A stretch of DNA of 63,596 nt, counting the filler, from Intoshia linei (lineage: Eukaryota > Animalia > Orthonectida), in the NCBI GenBank assembly GCA_001642005.1. It is 10 parts of 10 records of this genome, joined end to end, with 100 filler letters (N's around TTAATTAATTAA, not from the genome) between each part and the next. Parts side by side here need not be neighbours in the genome. Positions count along the whole stretch, not along the records: positions 46,225 to 56,628 come from LWCA01001302.1; positions 56,729 to 58,938 come from LWCA01002318.1; positions 59,039 to 60,304 come from LWCA01002828.1; positions 60,405 to 62,024 come from LWCA01002551.1; positions 62,125 to 63,596 come from LWCA01002601.1; 5 more parts are not named here. One strand, given 5' to 3'. A program made the translations under genes and the position numbers. This document shows positions 51,700 to 63,596 of the stretch, piece after piece. The notes beneath the pieces are model-generated. The model worked only from the letters and a program-made list of their open reading frames with translations, was not told where the DNA came from and did no database searches. Positions within the stretch are counted from its first letter, which is position 1. Each line of letters starts with the position of its first letter.

Positions 51700-54050
51700 C
51701 CATAGCTAGACATTTTTCCTTATCAAACAGTTTATACATTAGTAATTTTCGATTGGTGCTCCAACCATTACATCTTCACGGTTGCCCATCAAAGAAGCAT
51801 ATACCGTTGGATTGTCCCCTTTTATAGCTGTAATAAGTTTACAATTCCTCATTTTCCGCAGTTTCAGAACCATATTAGATTCACCATGTGCTGTCACCTA
51901 AAATAATTACTTACTGTTAATGTTAAATGGGTATTTTCAATCTGATTGATATCGGCCATATTAAATATTTCCCAAAAATTCAAGCATAACATATATCATA
52001 TAAATATGTATGTAAAATGTTAACGTTTAGCATGTTATTTAAAACAAAAATTTAATAAAATGGGTGATATCACAGGATATTAACCAATTTTTTTTATTTC
52101 TTACTTCAATTCTTAGATTAGATATACAGAGGTATATGCTATTCTCATAAATAGTAAATCAGCATTGCTCATTTGTAGTTGGAAGTTCCAAATTGGAAAA
52201 ACTGTATTTATTTATACGAAATTTTATCTTAAACTTTGAAATGGACTAAAAAAGAATTTACTTTTATCACAAATGCCCACTGGTCATTGACCATTTAAGT
52301 AAGAAAATTTTAAAAGGTTTTGATTGGTGTCAAAAATTAAAGAATTAAGAACACTGGTATTAATAATAAACTATAAATAATAAAATTACAAATTCATTTG
52401 AGAAATGATTGAAAATGATGTAGGAAATTTCATGTTTCAAATCCATACTAAACATAACAACTCGATATATTGTATCATGAAATACAATTTTTCCGAGGCT
52501 GTCACCAGTAGCAAAAATGTTTGAATCTTTTGGGCTAAATGTCAAGCAGCGAACTGAACCGCTATGTCGACGAAAAACTGTGAGAGGTTACCACATTTGG
52601 CCATATTTTTCAACTTCCAACAAAGTACGCATATCTTTTCGTGGTGATCTGAAAGGGTCAACTTTCCCCTTAAACAGAGTACTACAACAGCGAAAGTATT
52701 CGTTACATTCTGGATGGAATCTTATGAATCTAGCCCCATTCTGACACCAAATAACAACTCATTAGACCAAGCGGTAGACCTATTGTATCGTATTAACACT
52801 CCTTTTTCTTTTCCTTTAGCATTTTTTTCTTGTAGCTTAAGTTCAGATCTTACATTGTCGTCAATATTAAAAGACCACAGACAAATTTCATGTTTCTCAT
52901 CTTTAGATGCAAAATGTCTTCTATCCAAAGACCATTTTAATGTTAATATGGGGCATTTGTGGAATGAATAACATCTCAAAATTCCACTGATTTACCACTC
53001 TTCTTGTAAAAATACGGATAGATTATTCGCGTATAGTGACATTTGCCGAGAACGTCAATTGGATCCTGGACTGCAATACTACTACGATATTCAGCTCCAG
53101 TAGTATTGATAATTTTCCCGTATTTTTGATAATCGAAATAAAATTTTGTATCTACAATATATACGTTGCCTTTACTGGTTCCTGCTGCGATAAGAGATTT
53201 ATTACACGCCAATGTAGTCACTGCAAAATCCAAAATAACTTTCATGATACCTTTGAAATTTTCAGTTTTTTGTCTGTCTGATGTTTTTATTTTAATTTTA
53301 CCGGTTTTTATGTTGTATAGTTTAATGTGATGAATATAATGTGAACCGTTTGACAAACCAATAGCCAACAAGTTCCCGTTCTCAGACCACTGCATACACA
53401 CTATTACCACCTTTCTTACATATGCCGGTCTAACAAGTCTAGAGTTTGTGTGAGTGTAAAAGTTGTCTATGACAAAAATGCCATAAAGCAAAAAAAGTGC
53501 GGTTTGACCATGGACATTGCATCTCACACTTTTACAATTTTTGTTGATAATCAAAATTGGTTTCATAGTAAAAGTTTCCACAGGTTCAAGAGATGCTGGA
53601 TTGATACCCACGGATGTGATGTTTATGGTTTTATTATCATATAATCTGGATATAAGCCCTCTAGTGTGTGAAGATCTGGAATCAGTTTTAAAAGATTATG
53701 AAAGCCGGTATTAGTTTAATAAGGTCAGCGTAATCAAATTGATATCCTTTTTGAAATCTTTCACGAAATATATCATCGTGAAATTTATACTTTTTGAATG
53801 GTGTAAATGAATTTGCGGCAGCTAATTCCAATGCAGCATTGGAAAATTGTGGGATGTCCAAAAATGAAAACATACAGGGTTTACTATTCGCAAACAATTT
53901 TCCTACCGTTTGGTGATATTTTTGACCTGAACATACCAATTTACAAACATTTTCAATTCTAGTTCTAATCGCTGTGAATAAATTGACTTTTTTCCAGCAT
54001 GCATAGAAGGCCTGAGATGCAAATTGTAAAGAGAACAATCTAGGATCCAC
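51700..54050 (-). pseudogene. Highly divergent CDC20/Fizzy-like WD40 gene with apparent disruptions
   Basis: Blades in CDC20 order: CMQWSENGNLLAIGLSNG; HKCPILTLKWSLDRRHFAS; RHSGSVRCLTFSPKDSNIFATG; ISYIIFNHFSNEF|VTAHG. Frame changes near 53690 and 52980 have no usable intron, and in-frame TAA codons occur near 52722 and 52588. Confidence 0.6.
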
Positions 54051-54422
54051 TTTGAATTAATATTTTGGAAGTATCTAGTTATAATTTTAATTATTTCACA
54101 TTTAATTAAACATTATTTTAATTTGTCATGAATCATGTTATTTATTTGTGATTTGTATTTACCCAAATTATTTTTTTTTTTTTAAATAAGAAAAAAGTTG
54201 TTTATTAAGAATTTTATAAAAATAAATTCTGGGATGGTTTTTAAAAAATAATCATTATCATCAATTGTAAAATATGTTAATAGTTATAAAGAAAGTTTAA
54301 AAAAAATTCTGTTCACGTAGATATATCCATTTAACACACAAAAAATTTTACATCAAAAAGTGACGCCATAAAGCCATTTTAGTATTCATATTTTTTTTTA
54401 AAAAAATAGTTTTTAATAACTA

Positions 54423-54500
54423 CACCTTTTTCGATTCAAATTAAAACAACTTACATTAAAATTTGAATATCTGTTTTTTTAATTTGAATCGAAAAAGGTG
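54423..54500. mobile_element. 78-bp Tc1/mariner-type MITE nested in a Helitron relic
   Basis: Perfect 24-bp TIRs CACCTTTTTCGATTCAAATTAAAA with a TA TSD. Confidence 0.8.
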
Positions 54501-55590
54501 TAATAGTCTTTAGAATTTAAAAAAGATTATGATAGTTTATTAGACGTTTTTTCATTATAGCGAATCATCTTAGAGCAGTGGTTCCCAATTGGACCCCTCG
54601 GGTCCGTGAGATTCACTTAAAAAATAAGAAAAAAGTTATAAATTTTAAATTTTTTTATTTTTATGGGAAAATTTTTAATATTTATTAGACTTGCTAGATA
54701 TTAGCAATTTATACAAAAGCCTAAAATTTTAAATAAATTACAGTTGATACAGCTATATCCAGTTAACACACTAAAAAACACAATTTTACCAAATCTTATG
54801 ATAAAAAACACCAAAATAAAATTACAATTTTACCAACGCTTAATGGAAATATCATCTTTTTTCAATATTTTTGTAAAAAACAAGATTTTACCGAATCTTA
54901 TGAGAAACACCTTTAATTTTTTCATAAATTTTTTAATTTATTCTTTTAGGGTCCAAAAAAATAAATATTTTGAAATGGTGGTCTGTACACTATTGGAATC
55001 GATAAAAACTGTCTTAGAGCGACATAGTCATCGATTTTACTAATCATATCATTTAGTTTTTCACGAAAAATTTGAATAAATTGGGAGAGAAAATCAGAAA
55101 CCCGCAAAAAGTTGGTCGAAAAATCAATAATACGATGAATTAATAAAAGCGATTATGTCGCTCTAACAATACATCGCTGAGTAGTGTTCGCGAGTTTATT
55201 CTAGTTGATTTACAATTTTGCCGAAAAAATATTCCCCACCGCTGATTTTACTAATGTATATTTCTAGAATATACATTGTGAGAGTAATCCGTTATGTGAA
55301 GGGCCGTTATAAATAATTATTTATCAGTGATAATGAATAAAAATAAATATAAAGTCTACTCTAAGGTTGAATTGTAAATATTTAAAAGATTAAATGGTTG
55401 TATTATCGGATTAAATCTATTGCATTTGGTTGTAACATTAATCAACAATTTTTAAAATAGACCTATAATTATAGGTCTTTAATTTTATTTAAAAATAAAT
55501 TGAACCGGCAATAATTTTATATTGATTTTAATTTGACTTATAGCGGGTGGGGGAAATCGATCATGAAATATAACATAAAATATGAATTAC

Positions 55591-56502
55591 CAAACTAGAA
55601 CTTGAATCTTTTGACGCAATTCCATTGGCACTTTTAATTTCCTAAAGAATACAATTAAAATTTGAAACAGTAAATTTATCTACATCCTTACTTATATAAT
55701 ATGCTACGCAATATTTGTTTGTGTGTGTGTTCTACTTTATTTCAATAACTACTAGTCTTAGAATTTTATAAAGTCCACATTTCAATTACAGTTTTTTCCG
55801 GGGTGTTAGCAAAATAAATTTCAACCATTCAAACTCTCATCTTACGGTCAAAAACGCCAATTATCCTTTTTTTTGAAAATCAAACCAGTTAAAGAATTTA
55901 AAAAATAATTTTTATAATTTTATTTTGCTGGATATTATGCTATTTATGACAATTTTTAGGATTAAACTGTTTTTACTTTATTATTTACTGTCTAATAAAT
56001 TAAAAAATTGATATAACAATTGTTTTTAAAATTCTTTACGCAAATGTTAACAAAAAAAAATTAAGATGGACTAATTCACTTTAAAGTAAAAAGTAATGTG
56101 ATATGATGGTTCCACCTGAAACAAGATTTGGGACCACTCTTAGGATTGATAATAGTGAATAGTAGGATTTTTAAGTTAGATTTTCAACGTGAATTGGGAT
56201 TGATAATAGTGAATAGTAGAATTTTTAAGTTAGATTTTCAACGTGAATTTTTTTTGGTATAATAAAAATGTGCCCTAGGCAGAATGTATGTGCTAATTTA
56301 TAGGTGCTGTTTGTACGTAGTACATTACAGTCAACCTAGTTACATATAATACATAATATAAACATTTTAAAAAATTATTTATAATCTTAAATAGATTTAA
56401 ATTTAATTTGATTACCTCATTAATGTTTACCTTTACTTGATCGTTAATTGATAATGTATTGAAATTTAAATCTATTTTAAAGTTGTCCGTGTCTTCAGCC
56501 AT
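55591..56502 (-). CDS. First two exons of an unknown gene (56502-56416, 55641-55591)
   Basis: MAEDTDNFKIDLNFNTLSINDQVKVNINE|EIKSANGIASKDSSSSL with in-frame GAG|GTAATC and TTTAG|GAA junctions. Downstream exons could not be resolved. Confidence 0.45.
55685..56339 (+). mobile_element. Complete, internally deleted Helitron (655 bp)
   Basis: A|TCCTTACTTATATAAT..(TG)n.. hairpin CTGTTTGTACGTAGTACATTACAG..TCAACCTAG|T; no TSD. Confidence 0.9.
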
Positions 56503-57452
56503 GAAAAATTTTGATTATCTAAATTAAATTAAATATATAGATTTAAACAATATTTGCATGATTAAATTATAGATAAAAAATACTTGTATTATATTGAAGA
56601 ATATAAATATGTATTGCAAAAACAAATANNNNNNNNNNNNNNNNNNNNNNNNNNNNNNNNNNNNNNNNNNNNTTAATTAATTAANNNNNNNNNNNNNNNN
56701 NNNNNNNNNNNNNNNNNNNNNNNNNNNNTCTATATAAAATCTACTTTTTATATCAATTTATAGTTTTTTCTATTGTTTTAATAATATTGTTTAGTCCACC
56801 TTAGGACTATTTCTGTCAATAGGTGGGTCATTTTTAAAATTGTATTTGATAAAAAAAATTTTTTTCAAATCATAAATGTAAACACAATAATACCTATTTA
56901 ATTTAATACCCAAAATTTTTAATTTAATATCAATTTTCAAAATATTTTCATTTTTTGGGGGGACATTTTGAGCAAAAGTGAGTGGTTTTTTTTGATTTCA
57001 AAAATTATAAAAAGCATATTCGTAACATATACAAAATTACTCATCTTTCCCCGTAGGCTACTTTCTGTTTACTCAAAAAAAGCTGTTTTTGGACACAGGT
57101 TACTACACATACATATGTATATGTAATTGTTTCTTGGCATCACGATCTATATTTTTTTCTGATGGTTTACGTCGAGGACCTGAGATACGAGGTAGCAAAA
57201 TAGGGTAATATAATGACTACATGGATATATCAGCTTTTTTATTTATTTTTTATCTACTAGTAGCCGTCCCATTGTTAAACACATATTTTAAATTTTATCT
57301 AAAAAAAAAAAAAAAATTTTTTTGAATCAAAATATTTCTTCACGAAACTTCACGTATGTTGTGTTAAAAAAAAATTAAAACTAAATATAAATTTAAATTT
57401 TGTATAATGGCTAAATATGTTCGAAAATTATCTAATAAACTAAAAAATAAGA

Positions 57453-58938
57453 TCCTAACTTATATAAAAGGCTACGCAATTTTTGTTTGTGTGTCTGTAT
57501 GTTCAACGTTATTTAAATAACTACGCGTCTTAGAATTTTTTAAAGATATCATTTCAATTACAGTTTTTTTCGGGACGTATATTAAGATATATTTCAACTT
57601 CCTAATTTCACATCTTAAGGGTCAAAAACCCCTGTTGTCCTTCATTTTGAAAATCAAACATGTTGGAGAATTTAAAAAAATATATACGCTGATACGGATT
57701 TTAAAATCATAAACATTATCATAATTTTAAATGCTGATGCGGATTTTAAAATCATAAACATTATCATAAATTTAAATTTAAAAAAATACACTGATGCGGA
57801 TTTTAAAATCATAAACATTATCATAAATTTAAATTTAAAAAAATTATATTTTCATGGCCAAAACCCCAAATTCCTTTTTTTTTGAAAACAGTCTTAGAAT
57901 TTCAAAAAATTTACAGGTGGTAGAGTTGTATCATGTTAACACACATAATCGACTTCACCATCAAAAAAGCATTTTAGTATTCATATATTTTTTTTCCGTA
58001 ATATTTTATTAAAACAAAAAATGTTAAATCATTAACGGTCCGAAAATTTAAAAAAAAAATTATTCTGATAGAGCTTATTCCAGTTGATATAAATACAAAA
58101 TTTCAACCCCAGAAATTTACGAATTCCCGGTGAAAAATAATTTTTAATATATTATCAACCAATATTTTTTAAATATTTCGATTAAAATCAAAAATTGACA
58201 ATGTAAATATTGATCCTACAATTTCAAAAAAAATGTGTAGTAAACGTCTACACATTTCCAATGAAGACATATGGGTGAAAATCTATATAATTTATTCCTT
58301 CGAAATTTTTTTCATTGCTACGCAAATTTTAAATTTCAAATTTTAATTTTTAAAACATTTTTGATAATCTTCAAATTTTTACACTACCGTAACGAATTTA
58401 TAAAATTAAATTTATATTAACTGAAACGTGTTATTTTTTTATTGATAATTGTTACAAATTTAACATAAAATGGTAAAAAGAAAAGTAACATTCACAAGAA
58501 AAAAAGCCAAAAGTTGGACATATTTTTAACATCAATCATTTTTATATTACAATCCTTTGTAATAATGGTAAGATTTGACTGAAATATTTATAAAGTGAAG
58601 ATTCAATTAATTATTTATACACAATTGGTATTTTTAAGTATTTATTAAATTGATACTGAATATATGTCATCACATTGAAAATGACAAAATATGTTTTTAT
58701 AATTTTATTTTTTCTAGAATTTATGCTATTTATGACAACTTTTAGGATTGGAGTGTTTTTACTTTATTTTGAATATTATACACACATTCTGTCTAATAAA
58801 TTAAAAAAATGGAATAACAATAGTTTATAAATTTTTTACGCAAATGTTAACAAAACAAATGATTGATAATGGTTAATAGAATTTTTTTTAAGTTATATTT
58901 TCAACGTGAATTTATTTTTTTGGTATAATAAAAGAGTG
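57453..58938 (+). mobile_element. Helitron copy whose 3' end runs into a gap
   Basis: A|TCCTAACTTATAT start, shared body, three tandem ~45-55-bp units at ~57688-57840. Confidence 0.8.
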
Positions 58939-59814
58939 NNNNNNNNNNNNNNNNNNNNNNNNNNNNNNNNNNNNNNNNNNNNTTAATTAATTAANNNNNN
59001 NNNNNNNNNNNNNNNNNNNNNNNNNNNNNNNNNNNNNNAGTAGTTTTGTCATGAACAATTGTTAATCTAATCATTAGATTCTAATGCTATAATGTTTGTC
59101 TTTCCAATCGTCTTTGTTAGAATATTTTAAATGAGTTCAATAAGATGACGATAGGATAATTGGATCCAATAATAAGAATGAGATTTAGGGTTGATCAATG
59201 ATCATTAATGATTAGTTATATATTATTAGGGTCTTAAATACTTTACAAATTAAGTCTTAATCTGAAAGATTAATAAACAATAACTTATTGTACTATTTCC
59301 TTATCTACTTAACTATACATCCACAAATGTAAGTAATAACTAAATTTATGATTATGTAGTTGCGTTTTAGTCATTAATAATTAAACCATAAATACACTAC
59401 GTATTTTCATTGTTGTAAATCATTTCTGAAAAACCNAAATTAAGTCTTAATCTGAAAGATTAATAAACAATAACTTATTGTACTATTTCCTTATTATCTA
59501 CTTAACTATACATACACAAATGTAAGTAATAACTAAATTTATGATTATGTAGTTGCGTTTTAGTCATTAATAATTAAACCATAAATACACTACGTATTTT
59601 CTTGTCGTAGAACATTTCTGAAAAACCTATCAACTTATTGAAATTTTGCCAATTTTATTTGTTTCACATTTTATTTTTAAGCTACAATATGAGAAAAAGT
59701 ATTTTTTTATTATAATAAAAAAACATAATAGGTCATTAATCTGTGGTTTTGTTATTAAATTTTACGGATGAGAAACCTTAAATATATAATGTAAATAAAT
59801 AATTATAGATATAA

Positions 59815-60296
59815 GAAAAAGAAGTGGAGATAAAATTGTTGGACCATTTATAGGATTCTTATTTGAGACTCATAAAATTCCTACAAATAGGAATGTGCTT
59901 CGAAGGTTGTTAAAACTAAAGAAAGATAACCAATCACTACCATTTCGATGCATTGCAAATAAAATATTCGATAAATACATGAAAACAGGATTAAATATTA
60001 TCAGCGTACATTAAATCGACTTTAAAGTCAAAAAACTATTTAATGAGTATCGAGTGGTTAATATAACTTCTCATACAGAAAGAGGATTAAAGTTTATAGA
60101 GAATCTCGACAATGTATTTGAGTGTGCTAAATCTGATTCATCAAATGCAATAATTGAAGATTTACAATTTTTAGAAGTTCAAAGAAAAGGAGTGGGGTGC
60201 ATGGGTAGCCATTCGTCTCAACCTTGTTTTTACAATTCAAAAATATATTTAAAAAAATATCAAGAAAACGATCAAATAAAGAAAGTAATTGTGTGA
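59815..60296 (+). pseudogene. N-terminal remnant of a hAT-like transposase, probably the same superfamily as 33114-33878
   Basis: KIPTNRNVLRRL..KVKKLFNEY..FIENLDNVFECA..IEDLQFLEVQRKGVGCM, with an in-frame stop; resembles N-termini of invertebrate DNA transposases (from memory). Confidence 0.45.
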
Positions 60297-61119
60297 AGGG
60301 ACAANNNNNNNNNNNNNNNNNNNNNNNNNNNNNNNNNNNNNNNNNNNNTTAATTAATTAANNNNNNNNNNNNNNNNNNNNNNNNNNNNNNNNNNNNNNNN
60401 NNNNTGTTATAAAAAATAAAAATTTATATTATAACGCGGGCCGCACATTCCATAATTGGGGGACGCAAATGGTCCAGGGCCGCATAATTGACACCCCTTT
60501 TATAGATACATTTTGTGCTTTTGTTTTTACTATCAAAATTATTAATTTAACAATTCAACTAATAAAAATTGAAATCTTGAATTAAAGTAGAACGGACAGT
60601 TATAATACCCAATATCACACCTTTAAAATTTTTAACTATATTTCAATATCTCTGGGTTATATGGGTGTAAAATGACAAATTATATAATGAATTTAATATA
60701 TAAATACCACAATTAATATTGATATATTCTTTATTTGTAATATTAAACAATGAGGTAGATTCTGTGGTTTTAATAGGTATAATATTTGGTGATGCAACCA
60801 CTCCAGCGATTGTCATTTAGAATTAATTGTAAAATTTTAATTTTAAGTTTTATGGAAATATTTAATTTGATATATTATTGTTGCAGTGTAGTTTGGATAC
60901 AAAAATTTATATTATTTATTGTTAATAAATTCATATATAGGACAATTTTTTCGTAATTGTTGATTGTTTTTCGATTGATTTCTCAGTTTGTTTAAATTTT
61001 TGAAAATGTAAATATATCTCTTACGAATGTAATTAAATGTTATACTAATTAAAATAATTCATACCAGTTCTTTTTATAATGAACATAATATATCACCCGT
61101 TTTTTAATACTGTTTTTAC

Positions 61120-61910
61120 TATTTAATACTGTTATAGAGTTTTATAAAGTCCACATTTCTATTACTGTTTTTTCCGGTGAAAGTAAAATAAATTTCAACC
61201 TCCGAAACTCACATCTTACAGGTCAAAAACCTCAATTATTTTTTTTTTTTGAAAATGAAACGAGTTCGAGAGTTTAAAAATATATTTATTCTGATGCGGA
61301 TTTTAAAATCATAAATTCAAATTTAAAAAAAATATATCTTCAGGGCTAAAACCCGAAATTGCCATTTTTTTTTTCAAATAAAAACAGCCCTAGAATTATA
61401 AAAAAAATTACAGGTGGTACAGTTGTATCATGTTAACAAAAAATTTCAATATGAATAAGTGACGCCTTCATGATCAAAAAAGCACTTTAGTACATATTTT
61501 TATTTATATTTTTTTATTTCGAAACTATTTTATTAAAACAAAAAATGTGAAATAATTAACGGTCCGAAAATTAAAAAAAAAAAATAATATATTCTGATAG
61601 AGCTTATTCCAATTAATATAAATACAAAAGTTCAACCCGAGAAATCTACACATTCCCGATGAAAAATAATTTTTAATATATAATCAACCAATATATTTCA
61701 AAAATTTTGATTAAAATAAAAATGGAAAATGTAAATATTGATCCTAAAATTTCAAAAAAAAATGTACATGGAACGTCTACACATTTTCAATGTAGAAATA
61801 TGGGTGAAAATCTATATAATTCATTCCTTCGGGTTTTTTTTCATTTTCAAAAAATTTATTTTCAAATTACTGCAACCAAAAGTACAACTTTGTTATTATC
61901 ATTTTTGTAC
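61120..61910 (+). mobile_element. Helitron internal fragment
   Basis: Collinear with the body of the 57453 copy. Further pieces lie at 62921-63118 (5' end A|TCCTTAC) and 63526-63596 (3' CTAG end, minus strand). Confidence 0.75.
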
Positions 61911-63596
61911 TAATGTTGATTTTTGTATCAATTATTATGTATATATATTTATTTTGGTATAACAACAGTTGTATTAGGTTGTTTCATAAGTAATGTCGTT
62001 TTTATTGTAACTTTATTATAAATCNNNNNNNNNNNNNNNNNNNNNNNNNNNNNNNNNNNNNNNNNNNNTTAATTAATTAANNNNNNNNNNNNNNNNNNNN
62101 NNNNNNNNNNNNNNNNNNNNNNNNTGAATGTTGTTGAATACACTCGTATTATACAATTCACACGTAATGAATGTGTTACATATTTTATTTACATTTTTTG
62201 TATTTCTATTATCAATTATATGGTCCAATTTAGTCTCGTTTATTGCTTATGTCAAATTTATAGAGCTATTTACAAATTTCATTGATAAAAAACGTCCAGC
62301 GCGAGTAGTAAAGGGTTAATAAAAAAAGTGGACACCATGATGGCATATCAGTGATTCGTTTTATTGTACTATCAATTAATCTTAATTATAATATTTAGAG
62401 AAAATCAAAAGACAAATCTAAGAAGAAAGAATCCAAAAAGCCTAAATTGGAAAATAAAAATTAATTTGTATTAAATTAAAATTAAATTGAATGTTTTTAG
62501 TTATGTAGAATCAATTGATTCACTTAAATATTATTTTATCGGTACTTAAAACCCGAACTTTATAACGATGGAAATTGAAAATAAACAGGCCTGAAATTTT
62601 TTTTGCATATGATGTGCCACCAGCCAAGGATATATTGACTTAGCATTTTAACTTTAATACACAAAATAGTTATCTTCAGGAATGTTATATTTTAAAATAT
62701 AATTTGGAAACTAATTTTACCAAAATTTAAACGAGCCTTCGAAAATATGTCTCGGTATAGTAGATTCATAACGGAAAAAATTTTAAATACGTAAAAACAA
62801 TTTATCGGATTAAAATTTTTAAATTGTTTTAGTCTACACCAGTGATTCTCCATGTGGCCCACAGAAAAAATTTGCTAGTCCTCAGAGCTTCAATATACTA
62901 TTTATATTGTATTGTTATTATCCTTACTTATATATAAAACTCTGTTTCTGTAATCCTATATTACAATAACTAAGAGTCTTAGAATTTTAAAAATTCCACA
63001 ACTATATTATAATTTTTCCGGGTTAAGTAAAATAAATTTCAAAGTCACATCTTACCGGTCAAAAACCCAATTATCCTTTTTTTGAATATCAAACCAGTTT
63101 TAGAATTTAAAAAAATACAGTTAATACAGATCTGCACATACTACCCAAAAAATTTTTAATCTTACTAAGTGACGTCTCTACTCTTTTAGCTATAAATACA
63201 AAGTAAGAGAAACGGCATACAATAATCAAATACTCATCTACTCTGTTGTGATTCACAACTGACTATATTTTTAGTGCTAATATCCAAATAATCTTACAAA
63301 AATTAATAAACCAATTTTATTGTCTGTTTTTAATATTGTTGACCATATTTTCAAGGGTGTGTTTAATAATTTTTTTGACGATATTTTGAAGGTAGTTTTT
63401 AGGGAATTTTTTTATCATATTTATTAATTATAAAAATAATTAATTTCAGTTGTAAAAATACATTTTTAGATTAAAATTCAATTAAAAAATTATATTTTTT
63501 TTCTATTTAATTTTATGTAACTAAACTAGGTTGACTGTTATGTACTACGTATAAACAGCACCTAGCTCTGCCGAGGGTACATTTTTATTCTACCAA

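Noticed and set aside
52580-53700. In-frame TAA/TGA codons suggesting a variant genetic code
   Set aside because: Conserved genes here (BET, LZTFL1, CEP104, PPT1, UFD1) end in TAA at the expected positions and have no internal stops. The stop-containing regions also have frameshifts.
52517-53714. Several plus-strand ORFs
   Set aside because: Antisense shadows of the WD40 sequence.
57688-57840. CRISPR-like regular repeats
   Set aside because: No unique spacers, eukaryotic context and no cas genes.
59247-59627. ~190-bp near-perfect tandem duplication
   Set aside because: The copies are separated by a single N and differ by a few bases. Most likely an unmerged contig overlap or two haplotypes.
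13059-62124. Recurrent palindrome TTAATTAATTAA centred in N-runs
   Set aside because: Artificial six-frame stop linker inserted at scaffold gaps; not biological.

Overview
Very AT-rich eukaryotic (metazoan) scaffold window. Most introns are 33-39 nt, and nine 100-nt gaps each carry the artificial linker TTAATTAATTAA. The intron size and gene content fit a genome-reduced ciliated invertebrate such as an orthonectid, but this is inference only. Spliced genes reconstructed by hand: HTRA2-like protease (5' exon), FBXO16, HINFP, a BET/BRD4-like bromodomain gene (5' part in a gap), a 78-aa CCDC103-like gene, LZTFL1 (3' part), CEP104 (5' part in a gap), PPT1, UFD1 (5' part in a gap), a disrupted divergent CDC20/Fizzy-like WD40 gene and a few orphan ORFs. 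Intergenic DNA and long introns contain a non-autonomous Helitron family (A|TC...hairpin-CTAG|T), hAT, piggyBac and Tc1/pogo MITEs, a foldback element and decayed transposases. The most notable observation is a tight ciliary gene cluster. A domain-truncated CCDC103 starts only 45 nt after the LZTFL1 stop on the same strand, which suggests a dicistronic or operon-like unit, and LZTFL1 lies head-to-head with CEP104 across a gap. All gene identities come from remembered family motifs; no database searches were run.
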